Source: Alkalispirochaeta sp.
GTDB lineage: Bacteria > Spirochaetota > Spirochaetia > DSM-27196 > Alkalispirochaetaceae
Direction of reading: 5' to 3'
Assembly (NCBI GenBank): GCA_965601925.1
Contig: OZ271854.1
Location: forward strand, 2,720,001-2,784,000
Length of the DNA: 64,000 nt
Below, piece by piece: positions 48,957 to 58,473 of this stretch (the first letter of the stretch is position 1; the number at the start of each line of letters is the position of its first letter). The notes under the pieces were generated by a model that worked only from the letters and a program-made list of their open reading frames with translations, ran no database searches and was not told where the DNA came from. The translations under genes were made by a program, and so were the position numbers.

Positions 48957-49032
48957 GTCGAAGTGGCGCCGCTGTGTGTCGGCAGGTACACTTGTCGGTA
49001 TCCGGTCTTCTCGACCGAGAAGAGGAGTGGGT

Positions 49033-50019
49033 ATGGCGAACATTCACGATATCGCCGCGCACAGCGGTCTCTCCACCGCCACGGTTTCGCGGTATCTCAA
49101 CGGGCGACCCTATGTCTCGGAAAGGGCGCGACTCGCTATCGAACGTGCGATGGACGAGCTCGATTACCATCCGAACTCGGCGGCCCGCACGCTCCGCAGC
49201 GGCAAAACGCATCGGGTAACGGTAGTGCTCGATACGGTAGATCATCCCTTTTACTCGGTGCTTCTTGCGGGATTCAGCGACGCCGCGCGCAGTCGATCGT
49301 ATGAGATACTCGTGCAACAGAGCCAAGCGCCCGATTGGTCGGCGACGCTCCTTCTGGAACAAGCGGCGACCCACGCGATGGACGGCGTTATCGTCGCCAC
49401 CGAGACCGAGGACCGCGAGGCGCTCCGTTCTCTCATCGGCACGATTCCGCTCGTCGCCTGCGACCAAGCGCTGTTCGACGCCCCGTGTCCGCAGGTCTAC
49501 ATAGACCACTACCAAAGCGCGCTTGACGGTCTCGCCTATCTTCACCGACGCGGCGCGAAAACGATCGCCTGCATCAACGGGGCGAGCGACGTCTGTCCGA
49601 CCGACCGTTTCCGTCGTCGCGCATACGCCGACTTTGCCGAAAAACGCGGTGCACCGGTCGTACACGAGATTCCCTACCGCGAAGATACGATCAAGGGCGG
49701 GTACGAGCTCTTGGAACCCATCTTGATGCTCTCGCCGAGGCCCGACGCGGTCTTTACCGGTTCCGACGATATCGCCGCCGGGCTTTTGGCCGCGGCCCGC
49801 GAGATCGGCGTAAACGTCCCGGCGGATCTTGCGATACTCGGATTCGACGACCTTCCCATCGCCGAGGTGTTCGGCATTTCCACGATTCGGCAACCGGTAC
49901 GTCAGATGGGGCGATGGGCGATGGAAATCGTAATGCGTCTCATCGAACGGGGACCCGACGCCGCAGTCGGAAAGCGCGCCAAGATAAAGTACCACCTCGT
50001 ACCACGGTCGACGGCGTAG
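49033..50019 (+). CDS. LacI-family transcriptional regulator
   Basis: NIHDIAAHSGLSTATVSRYLN, YHPNSAARTL, VPADLAILGFDD and STIRQP. Confidence 0.93.
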   Translation: MANIHDIAAHSGLSTATVSRYLNGRPYVSERARLAIERAMDELDYHPNSAARTLRSGKTHRVTVVLDTVDHPFYSVLLAGFSDAARSRSYEILVQQSQAPDWSATLLLEQAATHAMDGVIVATETEDREALRSLIGTIPLVACDQALFDAPCPQVYIDHYQSALDGLAYLHRRGAKTIACINGASDVCPTDRFRRRAYADFAEKRGAPVVHEIPYREDTIKGGYELLEPILMLSPRPDAVFTGSDDIAAGLLAAAREIGVNVPADLAILGFDDLPIAEVFGISTIRQPVRQMGRWAMEIVMRLIERGPDAAVGKRAKIKYHLVPRSTA

Positions 50020-50109
50020 CGAACCGGAGAACGGTCTCGCGACGGTCGGCCGTCGTCCTATCTCGACTCCCCGTCAACCGCGCGGTCGCCTTGAGGAGTC
50101 GCCGGTGCG

Positions 50110-51441
50110 TCATTCGCTTTCGTGGATTTCGGGATGCTCATCCACGATGGGGAGGCACACGGTCGCGTCGCCGGTTACCGACAGCGCATCGAGCCCGGCC
50201 AGCGCGTCGCGCACCGCGCGCTCTTTACATACGTGGGTGGTGACGACTACCGGTACGAGCTCGTCGCGTTTGGCTCGTTCGTCCTGGCGCAGACTGGCGA
50301 TACTGATGCCGTGGTCCCCGATAACCGCGGATATCGAGGCCAGCACGCCCGGTCGATCTTGAGCCATGATCCTGAGGTAAAAGCGGCTCGACGACTCCTC
50401 GACCGGCAGCCTAAGATCGCTTTGATTGCGGTCGGGCCAGAAGCTCGTGTGCGCAAAGATCGCCGGAAGAACGCCGGACGCGATCCCCGCGACATCGGCG
50501 ACGACCGCTCCCGCCGTGGGCGCGCCCCCCGCGCCACGGCCGTAGTATAGAGTGTGGCCGGTCACGTGGCCGTAGACGCTCACGGCATTGAACGGACCGT
50601 TAACCCGCGCCAAGGGATGCTCCTCGGAGATGAAGGCGGGCCGGACCCACGTCACGACACCGTCGTCGACGCGATACGCGACCGCGAGAAGCTTGACGAC
50701 ATATCCGAGCTCCCTACCGAACGCGACGTCCCGCTCGTCGAGCCGGTCGATGCCGGCTACCGGAATCGACTCCAAGTCGACGATGGTGCCGAAGGCCAGG
50801 GCGGTCATTATCGCGATTTTGTGCGCCGAATCGACGCCCTGCACATCGAGACTGGGATCGGCCTCGGCCAACCCCGAGCGCTGCGCCTCGGTGAGCGCCT
50901 CGCGGTAACTTTCACCTTTTTGGATCATCTCAGTCAGAATGAAGTTACACGTTCCGTTCACGATGCCGTAGATCGCGTCGATGTGGTTGGCGACCAATCC
51001 GTCGGTGATCGCTCGGATAATCGGGATGCCGCCGCCGCAGCTCGCCTCAAACCCGATCGTCAGCCCTTTGGCGCGGGCGTGGGCGAAGAGTTCCGCCCCG
51101 TGGTGCGCGAGGAGCGCCTTGTTTGCCGTCACCACGTGTTTTCCCGCATCCAACGCGCGTTTGATCACGTCTCGGGCAAACTCCAGACCGCCGACAAGCT
51201 CTATGACGACGTCGATCTCGGTGTCGTTCAGCACCTCGTCCAGGTCGGTGCGAAAGAGCGTTTCGGGTAGTCCCAACATCTTGGCGCGCTCGAAGGTGCG
51301 ATCGACGATCGCGGCCAGCTCGATGTCGACGCCGCCGCGCTCGGCAATGAGTGCGCGATCTTGGAACATCAGCTCCGCGGCCGCGCCTCCGACGGTTCCG
51401 CACCCGACTAAGGCTACACGGACGAACGTATGTGCGTTCAT
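50110..51441 (-). CDS. hom: Homoserine dehydrogenase with C-terminal ACT domain
   Basis: GCGTVG, VTANKA, EASCGGGIP, NGTCNFIL, EADP..DV.G.D...K and ACT motif DRPGVLA. Confidence 0.95.
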   Translation of the reverse strand: MNAHTFVRVALVGCGTVGGAAAELMFQDRALIAERGGVDIELAAIVDRTFERAKMLGLPETLFRTDLDEVLNDTEIDVVIELVGGLEFARDVIKRALDAGKHVVTANKALLAHHGAELFAHARAKGLTIGFEASCGGGIPIIRAITDGLVANHIDAIYGIVNGTCNFILTEMIQKGESYREALTEAQRSGLAEADPSLDVQGVDSAHKIAIMTALAFGTIVDLESIPVAGIDRLDERDVAFGRELGYVVKLLAVAYRVDDGVVTWVRPAFISEEHPLARVNGPFNAVSVYGHVTGHTLYYGRGAGGAPTAGAVVADVAGIASGVLPAIFAHTSFWPDRNQSDLRLPVEESSSRFYLRIMAQDRPGVLASISAVIGDHGISIASLRQDERAKRDELVPVVVTTHVCKERAVRDALAGLDALSVTGDATVCLPIVDEHPEIHESE

Positions 51442-51448
51442 GGCGGGC

Positions 51449-51477
51449 ATGGTACGGTCGAGGGAGGGCGTTGTCAA
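51449..51477 (-). promoter_or_regulatory. Sigma70 promoter of hom (likely leaderless)
   Basis: Minus strand TTGACA, 17 bp, TACCAT, 7 nt, ATG 51441. Confidence 0.65.
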
Positions 51478-51524
51478 CGCGTCGGAGATTCTGCTACGCT
51501 GGCACCGTAACTCCCGGAGTATCT

Positions 51525-52496
51525 ATGTCGTATCCTCTCCTGCGCGCTTCAATGGTCTCATCGGATCTCCTCTACGATCTTGCATCTCGTGAGGCGACGA
51601 TGGACATCTTTTCCTCATCGGTCGACGAGGTCGACTCGTCCTCGTTGGATGCGGCGATTATCGAGTCCGCCGTGCGCCCGCCGATCGTCGTATGTGCCGA
51701 TGCGTCGTCCTCCGCGCGCGATCCCGCCGGTGAGCCACATCGTCTCGTGTGGGGCTTTCGGTACCGTCGATTGTGGAGCGCGATCGACGACCGATCGTGT
51801 CCCGTTCTCGCGTGCTCGCCCGCCTCCGAGATCGAGCTTCTCGTGTGCGCCCTCGCCGCGGAAAACCGAGTCGGAGCGTTTCGGTGGTCGGAGATCGATC
51901 GAATCGTTTCGGCGTGTGAGGCGGCCGTGAAAACCGACGACGATACGGAGTCATGGACGGCCGTGTTGCACTACTTGGACCGGGACAACGACGTGCGTCC
52001 TGCTTTGGAGCGCTACCGCCGCCTTCCGCAACACGCCGCCGCGGCACTCGACCGAGGGGCGATCGATTTTCGCACCGCAGAGGCTATCCCGGCGGAGCTC
52101 GACGCCGCCGTGGCCCATCTGTTGCCGCCGGTCGAGCGATTCTCATTCAGCAATCGACGCCTTGCTCTGCGCCTTTCGATCGAACTCGTACGGCGCGACG
52201 GCCTCGACGCGATGAGGTTGGCCGACACCTTGCGTGAGCGTAGCCCCGCTGAGGCGCTGCGATGGTTACGGCACCGGCGTTACCCCCGTCTTACGGCCAT
52301 GGAAGACCACCTGGCGGACGTTCGGCGGCGACGGCTCGCCGGAACGGGCGTCGAGATCGACCCACCGCCGAACTTCGAAGGCGACTCCTACCGCGTCAGC
52401 TTTCGTTTATCATCGCCGGAAGAGCTCCGGCGGCGCTTGTCGGCCGCCGCCACACTTACGGAGGACCTCGATGGACTGCTGGACCTACTATTCTAA
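51525..52496 (+). CDS. Hypothetical protein with degenerate ParB/Srx-like N-terminus
   Basis: PPIVV...RLVWGFRYRR...CPV...ENR resembles the ParB N-domain; overlaps the next gene by 26 nt. Confidence 0.6.
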   Translation: MSYPLLRASMVSSDLLYDLASREATMDIFSSSVDEVDSSSLDAAIIESAVRPPIVVCADASSSARDPAGEPHRLVWGFRYRRLWSAIDDRSCPVLACSPASEIELLVCALAAENRVGAFRWSEIDRIVSACEAAVKTDDDTESWTAVLHYLDRDNDVRPALERYRRLPQHAAAALDRGAIDFRTAEAIPAELDAAVAHLLPPVERFSFSNRRLALRLSIELVRRDGLDAMRLADTLRERSPAEALRWLRHRRYPRLTAMEDHLADVRRRRLAGTGVEIDPPPNFEGDSYRVSFRLSSPEELRRRLSAAATLTEDLDGLLDLLF

Positions 52497-53559
52497 GACG
52501 ATCGATCGTATCGTCTGGCTCGAGGAAGTCGCCAGCTCCCCGGTACGGCGCCGTGTAGAACGGCTTTTAAAAACGCGCGAGGAGCTGCGGTCGATCGAGT
52601 CCGTTACGATTGCCGCCGCCGACGGGCTCAAAGAGGAGCACAATACGCCGCGCACCATCCTCGTCCGTCGCGGCGCCGCCGACGACGTGGGGCGCTGTCC
52701 GGGAACGCATGGGTATGTCTGCTGCAATTACCGAACGTTCAACGTATACGTGGGATGCACCCTGGGGTGTACCTACTGCATCATGCAATCGTATTTGAGA
52801 AATCGGACCTTGGAGGTGCGGCTTCCCGATGAGGGCGCCGTGGAGGCGACTCGCGACCTTGCGGCCGCCCACCCCGATCGCGCGGTCCGCGTCGGGACCG
52901 GAGAGGTCGGCGACAGTTTGCTGTTCGATCCGCTGTTCGGCGTCTCGGCCGATCTCAGCGCCGCATTTGCCGACCGGTCCAACATACGGCTCGAACTCAA
53001 GTCCAAGACCGATTATGTGGATCACCTCCCGGATGTGGCACCGCGTGGGAGTACCGTCGTCGCGTTCTCACTCAATCCGCCGCCGATTATCGCATCGGAG
53101 GAGGGGGCGGCGGCCGGTCTCGACGAACGCTTGTCCGCGGCGGACCGCGCGTGGGAAAAGGGGTACCGACTCGCCTTCCACTTCGATCCTATGGTCCACG
53201 GTGCGTCGTGGCGCGACTGGTACGTCGCGCTCGTCGACCGATTGGCGCGATTCCGCACGCGGGCACCGGAGTGGATTAGCCTGGGCACTCTGCGATACCC
53301 CGGCACGCTTCGACCGTGGATCGAACGACGGCCGTACTCCCTGGACGAGTTTGTCGCCACCGGGGACGGCAAAATGCGCTATCTGCAGTCGGTTCGCGCC
53401 GAGATGTACCGAACAATCAAGACGCGACTCCGGCGCGTAGTACCGGACACGCCCGTCTACCTCTGCATGGAGAGCCCGGCTATGTGGCGACACGTTCAAC
53501 GGACCGTACCCGATCCGCCGCGCCGTCTCGTCCACATCATGCGTCCGGTCGCACCGTAG
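52471..53559 (+). CDS. Spore photoproduct lyase-like radical SAM protein
   Basis: GCTLGCTYC (CxxxCxxC), GTGE..DSL, ELKSK, FHFDP and YLCME; GGAGGA SD before ATG 52471. Confidence 0.85.
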   Translation: MDCWTYYSKTIDRIVWLEEVASSPVRRRVERLLKTREELRSIESVTIAAADGLKEEHNTPRTILVRRGAADDVGRCPGTHGYVCCNYRTFNVYVGCTLGCTYCIMQSYLRNRTLEVRLPDEGAVEATRDLAAAHPDRAVRVGTGEVGDSLLFDPLFGVSADLSAAFADRSNIRLELKSKTDYVDHLPDVAPRGSTVVAFSLNPPPIIASEEGAAAGLDERLSAADRAWEKGYRLAFHFDPMVHGASWRDWYVALVDRLARFRTRAPEWISLGTLRYPGTLRPWIERRPYSLDEFVATGDGKMRYLQSVRAEMYRTIKTRLRRVVPDTPVYLCMESPAMWRHVQRTVPDPPRRLVHIMRPVAP

Positions 53560-53578
53560 CGGCGTTCTCGGCGTGCGG

Positions 53579-55648
53579 CTAATAGTCGACGCGCAGCGCG
53601 TTTAACGGATAGTAGTGAGCAAGGATCTCCTCGGCGGAGTATCCGGCTCCCGCCATGCCCGCTGCGCCGGTCTGGTCCATACCGACACCGTGGCCCCAGC
53701 CCGCTCCCTCAAAGAGGAAGTATTCCGCCGCTCGATCCTCGCCCAGAAGCGGCGAGACGGTGAACAAGTTGCTCCGGAGTCCGCCGAGGCGCGACCTGAT
53801 GACATCTCTTCTGACGACCGCCTCACCGCGACTCCCTTCGATGCGCACCCATTCGACCCGGCCCGTTATTCCGCGCTCCCCCGGAAGGACCACTCGGACC
53901 GTGCCTACGTCATACCCCGCCGTCGCGAGGCGGCGCTCGATAGTCTGGCGCGGTACCAAGAGCTGCCAGCGGTAGGCACTGGCCGAGGCGTATTGTCGAT
54001 CGCCCGAGTGGCTTTGCGGGCGGCTCGCGATCCAGCCGTACAACTCCGACGGCCGGCGTCGCGTTTCCAGCGGCGGTAGAAGCGGATCGGAGACCGCGAC
54101 GAGGGAGGTCCGATGGCCCCAGACGCTCTCGCTCGACTCGGTATAGCCGGCACTGTTAGCGCTGTACACGGCGTCCAACGTTCCTTCACCGTCGGCGAGC
54201 ACCACGCCGCGCGTGGAGCGAACCGCACGGGTCGTGAGAGGATGCTCTCCGGTAACTCCGCGATAGAAGGCCGAGGCGACCGAGCTGACGAGGTCGAATC
54301 CACGGTCGTGGAAGCGCGTTCGGCGGTGGAGCGTATACGAACGGGCCGCGATCGCCTGCGCCTTCAGCGCCTGCGTCGGCCAGTACGAGGGCATCTCAGA
54401 CGGCACCACCGAGTAAAGGTACTCTTCGACATTGAGATCGTTGACCAGGGTGAACGAGTTACCGCGGGGCAGGATCTCTATGTGCCCTCGATAGCTGCGA
54501 TCTTCTCTGCCGGCGGAGAATTGCCCCGCACCGAACGCGAGATCGAATACGATCGTCGTGTGACCCGGGTCGTCATACACCAGGCGCAGCGGCCCGTCCC
54601 CTGCGGCGATTCGTGAACCCGATTCGTCCTCCACGATCACCCTTTGTCCGTCGGAGAGCACCCGGAGGATTGCGCCGCCCGCTCCGGTCGCCGCCGGCTC
54701 GTCTCCCAACGCAGATCTCAGCGCGGCCAAGCGCTCCTCGGATGAGCGAAAGACGAGATCGGCGGGGGTTTCAAACATTTGAAAGTCGCCGCCGGTCTTG
54801 AGATAGACCGAAGAGAGCGATTCGGCAAGACCGACTCGCAGTCTGGGTATCGTCTCGCGCTCTTCCAAAACCACCTCGACGGTCGGAGGCTCGGCGATTT
54901 CGCGACGACGCTCGGTCTCCTCGGCCTGTCGGGTTACGAGCTCCGGCCGTTGCCGCTCCCACCGCGCGCGGAGATTCGGTATCGCGTCGTTCCAAGGGAG
55001 GGCGATCTCGGCTCGGCGCAGGAGCGCCACCGCATCCGCTTCCTCTCCCAGAGCGAACCGCGCCTCGGCGAGGGGCACAAAAGCTGCGGTGAGGTTGGGC
55101 TCCTGGCGGCGAGCGATCGTCAGCCACTCGACGGTTTGCTCCCACTCCCGCCGCTCGCGCGCGATGAGGCCGAGGAGTAGGTAGGCGTAGGGCATGTGGG
55201 TCGTTCCGTCGGCGAGAGATAAGAGAAGCTCTTCCGCACGCTCGGCGTCGCCGTCCAAGTATCGTCCCGCCGCTTTCCACAAGAGATGGCGAGCGTCGGC
55301 GCCGCGGTCTCCGGCGGACTCCTTCGCGGCGGCAGGGCTCGCGACGCCCGCGAGAACGGTCGTCATGAGTGTCTCCGATGATCGCCCGGGGTCTAGATGC
55401 TTCGTTAGTTCGATCGCCCGTTCCAGATCTCCCGTCTCTCGCAGGAGTACCAAAAGGTCGAGGCGTATATCATCGTTCTCAGGGTCGGCGGCGAGGAGTC
55501 GCTCGAACTGTGCTATCGCCTCGGCTCCGTCGCCGTCGTACCACGCCGAGGTCGCCGTCTCCACCGTCGGCAGCTCTCGAGCCGAGGCCTCGCACGCAGC
55601 GGTAAGAGATACCACTGCGGCACCAAGGATCATTGCGGTTCGATTCAT
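53579..55648 (-). CDS. TPR-containing SpoIID/LytB-domain lipoprotein (lytic transglycosylase-like)
   Basis: Lipobox TAAC; TPR helices; YRG...VN.L.VEEYL.SVVPSEM, ALKAQAIAARSY and GWGHGVGM.Q.GA. Confidence 0.88.
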   Translation of the reverse strand: MNRTAMILGAAVVSLTAACEASARELPTVETATSAWYDGDGAEAIAQFERLLAADPENDDIRLDLLVLLRETGDLERAIELTKHLDPGRSSETLMTTVLAGVASPAAAKESAGDRGADARHLLWKAAGRYLDGDAERAEELLLSLADGTTHMPYAYLLLGLIARERREWEQTVEWLTIARRQEPNLTAAFVPLAEARFALGEEADAVALLRRAEIALPWNDAIPNLRARWERQRPELVTRQAEETERRREIAEPPTVEVVLEERETIPRLRVGLAESLSSVYLKTGGDFQMFETPADLVFRSSEERLAALRSALGDEPAATGAGGAILRVLSDGQRVIVEDESGSRIAAGDGPLRLVYDDPGHTTIVFDLAFGAGQFSAGREDRSYRGHIEILPRGNSFTLVNDLNVEEYLYSVVPSEMPSYWPTQALKAQAIAARSYTLHRRTRFHDRGFDLVSSVASAFYRGVTGEHPLTTRAVRSTRGVVLADGEGTLDAVYSANSAGYTESSESVWGHRTSLVAVSDPLLPPLETRRRPSELYGWIASRPQSHSGDRQYASASAYRWQLLVPRQTIERRLATAGYDVGTVRVVLPGERGITGRVEWVRIEGSRGEAVVRRDVIRSRLGGLRSNLFTVSPLLGEDRAAEYFLFEGAGWGHGVGMDQTGAAGMAGAGYSAEEILAHYYPLNALRVDY

Positions 55649-55701
55649 CGGAGAGAACAATACTCCGTCACGTGCCGGTATGGAAGCGATCCGCTAAGAA
55701 A

Positions 55702-56664
55702 TCAGGTCACTCTGTTTGCCGTTTCTCCGGCAAGGAACGCGCGGACGTTGGCGACCGCCGTGTTCAGGAGTCTCGATCGCGCCTCTCGCGTCGCCCACGC
55801 GATGTGCGGTGTAATGGTGATGTTGGGCGCCGAGTACAACGGGTTGTCGGCCTCGGGCGGTTCGCGTTCCAGAACGTCTATTCCCGCGCCTGCGATGACG
55901 CCGTTGCGCAGGGCATCGGCAAGGTCGGCATCCACCACCAGCGGTCCGCGAGACATGTTCAGGAGAAAAGCGCTCCTCTTCATCGCACGGAGGGCGCCGG
56001 CGTCTATCATTCCCGTGTTCTCCGGCGTCAGCGGGCAGTGAAGAGAGACGAAGTCCGCCTCGGCCAACAGCTGGTCCATCCGGCGCCACGCGAAGTGAGG
56101 CCAGTTCGGCGCGTCGGTACGACGGAGGTCCTGCGCGACGACCCGCATCCCAAAGGCGTCGGCCAATGCTCCCACACGACGTCCTATTCGACCGAATCCG
56201 ATAATGCCCATGGTCTTCCCCGCGAGCTCCACGAGGGGTGCATTCCAGAAGCAGAAATCCACCGAGCGCGCCCACGCCCCCGAGACGACCTCGCGGGAGT
56301 GTTCGACGACGCGGTTGGAGAAGGTGAGGATGTGTGCGAAGGTCATCTGAGCGACCGAGTCGGTGCCGTAGGTCGGAATGTTCGTCACCGGAATCGCGCG
56401 CGTAGCCGCCGAGGCGACGTCAACGACGTTGTAGCCGGTTGCCATGACGCCGATATAGCGGAGCTTCGGCAACGCGTGTATCGTTTGGGCCGAAAGCGGC
56501 GTTTTGTTCGTCAACACCGCGTCGGCCTCTTTTGCTCTCTCGACGATCAGCGCTTGATCCGTTCCGGTACGGTCGTGAATCGTGACCGTTCCCAGTCGTT
56601 CAAGAGGCGACCAATCCAGATCGCCGGGATTCAGTGTGTATCCGTCCAGCACGACAATATTCAT
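55702..56664 (-). CDS. D-2-hydroxyacid dehydrogenase (glycerate dehydrogenase-like)
   Basis: MNIVVLDGYTLNPGDL, GIIGFGRIG, LHCPLT, N.SRG, EP and TPHIAW. Confidence 0.92.
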   Translation of the reverse strand: MNIVVLDGYTLNPGDLDWSPLERLGTVTIHDRTGTDQALIVERAKEADAVLTNKTPLSAQTIHALPKLRYIGVMATGYNVVDVASAATRAIPVTNIPTYGTDSVAQMTFAHILTFSNRVVEHSREVVSGAWARSVDFCFWNAPLVELAGKTMGIIGFGRIGRRVGALADAFGMRVVAQDLRRTDAPNWPHFAWRRMDQLLAEADFVSLHCPLTPENTGMIDAGALRAMKRSAFLLNMSRGPLVVDADLADALRNGVIAGAGIDVLEREPPEADNPLYSAPNITITPHIAWATREARSRLLNTAVANVRAFLAGETANRVT

Positions 56665-56880
56665 GTACCCTCCGGTGCTCATACGATTTGAATGCTCCGT
56701 ATACCATACCACCATTCGACCGTCAGATGGTCACCGCCGTCGACGGGGCGCTGTTCCGCGGGGCGTGATATACGCTATCCTTAGGACGTGACGGTCAGGA
56801 GAGATACTATGGTTTTTCCTTTCACGGTCGATTTCGACGCTCAATGTGCGCCGGACCGCGTTGCGCGGACCGGATGGAGG

Positions 56881-57837
56881 ATGAATCGGGTGGTGCGGTC
56901 TTGGGTGCCCCTGGTCGCCGCGTTGTGGAGCGTGCTCGGCTCCATCTTCCCCCTCGCCTCACAGGACGTCGTGGACGAGGCGACGTCTCTCAGGCGCGAC
57001 GCGTCCGATCCGCCGCCGCGCCTGGCCCCCGCCGTGCCCTTCGAGTCGCGGGAGCTCGATCTGTTGGTCGTGGAACGGGGAGGTCCCGCTGCGGGCGAAC
57101 GCCCCTTGGAGATCGTGCGCTACGGGCAGAGGGGATCTCTTAGGCGACCGGTCGCGCTCGATCTCCCGGTCGAGGGACAGGCAATTGTGCTCGAGGAGTG
57201 GGATTGGCTGCGACTCACCGATCGCGCGCTCGCCGTGATCGATTCCGGCGACTACGGGCAGTGGCTGCACCTCGATCCCGGAACGCAGGGCCTCGTGCTC
57301 TCCGAACGGCGGTTCGAACTCTTTCGCGGCGCACTGCATTGGTTGGGAGAGAGCGAGGACGTGGTCCGATCTACGGTTACCTCCGGAGACCTTACGGTGA
57401 CCGGGCGCGGACGCGCTTGGATTCGGCGCAACGGCACGGAGGTCGAGGTGGCGGTGGAGCGGGGGCGCTTCGAGATCGAGCGCGGAGCTACGCTCGTCGC
57501 GGTCGCCTCAGCGGGGCAGGAGCGGACCGTGGCGGTAGACGGCGCCTTTGCGGCGGTCGAACGGGGCGGCGTCGATCTGTTCAGCGAGCGCCGCGAAGCG
57601 CTTATCGGAGAGCTGGACGCAGCGCTTCTGGCGCTCCTCGCCGATGGAACGCTCGACGGCGACACGCTGGTGCGGCTGTGGGAGGCGGTACTGCGGTTCG
57701 GTCCCGTCTTCGCCTCCGCGGAGGCTATGCGCGCAGCGTGGGTCTCAACTCCCGAGGTTGCGCGCTCGGATATCGGCGAGGCGCTGCGCCTCTTGCGCGC
57801 CTACGGGTTTCATCCTCCGCCGGCCGCCGGCATGTGA
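56881..57837 (+). CDS. Hypothetical exported protein, possibly FecR-like
   Basis: Signal peptide from MNRVV. Beta-rich pattern ELFRGAL...VTG...VAVERG loosely resembles FecR. Start uncertain (56788-56881). Confidence 0.55.
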   Translation: MNRVVRSWVPLVAALWSVLGSIFPLASQDVVDEATSLRRDASDPPPRLAPAVPFESRELDLLVVERGGPAAGERPLEIVRYGQRGSLRRPVALDLPVEGQAIVLEEWDWLRLTDRALAVIDSGDYGQWLHLDPGTQGLVLSERRFELFRGALHWLGESEDVVRSTVTSGDLTVTGRGRAWIRRNGTEVEVAVERGRFEIERGATLVAVASAGQERTVAVDGAFAAVERGGVDLFSERREALIGELDAALLALLADGTLDGDTLVRLWEAVLRFGPVFASAEAMRAAWVSTPEVARSDIGEALRLLRAYGFHPPPAAGM

Positions 57838-57872
57838 TCGGACGGTGCCGAGCGAAAACGCTCGACGTCGCG

Positions 57873-58472
57873 TCAGAAGAACAGCGGTTCGTTGGGATCG
57901 TTTGTTTTGCGCTTTTTGATTTTGGAGAAGTACTTCTGCTCCTCGCGTTCCACCGATACTGCGGACCTGCCGGCGAAGCGTTTGACCAAAACGCGCGCGG
58001 TGGCCGCAAAGAACAATATCTTGCGCGCCGAGGTGCCGCCCACGTCGTGACTCAGGATAGGAATCGCCTCCGTCTCGAGAAAGTCGCGCGCGAAGAGAAT
58101 ATTGCTCTCCGGGATTCGACCCGACGTGTTGTCCAGCACGTGGCCGCCGCCGAATACTTTCGCGACGAGTCTGTTCTTCCGTGCCCCGGCTTTGAGCATG
58201 TCATTGATGAGCAGTTCCATCGCAAACATTCCGTATCGTCCGCTCTCTTCGGCAAAGAACCTGCGGCTGTGTAACTCCCCGGGAAGCATGAAGTGGTTGA
58301 GTCCCCCGAGGTTCACTACGGGATCGTAGAGGGCTACGGCGATGCAGCTGCCGAGAACCGTCGATATGATGATGTCCTCGTCGGTCGAGAAGTACTCACC
58401 GGGATGAAGAACGGCGACGTCCTTCTGAAATCGTTGGTTGTGATGTCGGTTTATTCCACCGGAGGCAGGCAT
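57873..58472 (-). CDS. cheD: Chemoreceptor glutamine deamidase CheD
   Basis: TVLGSCIAV, GLNHFMLP, RYG..AMELLIN, AKVFGGG and DVGG...RK. Confidence 0.95.
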   Translation of the reverse strand: MPASGGINRHHNQRFQKDVAVLHPGEYFSTDEDIIISTVLGSCIAVALYDPVVNLGGLNHFMLPGELHSRRFFAEESGRYGMFAMELLINDMLKAGARKNRLVAKVFGGGHVLDNTSGRIPESNILFARDFLETEAIPILSHDVGGTSARKILFFAATARVLVKRFAGRSAVSVEREEQKYFSKIKKRKTNDPNEPLFF

Positions 58473-58473
58473 C

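Noticed and set aside
52471..55648. SplB-like and SpoIID-like genes as evidence of sporulation
   Set aside because: Both families occur widely in non-sporulating bacteria; the genes are convergent and no sporulation regulators are present.
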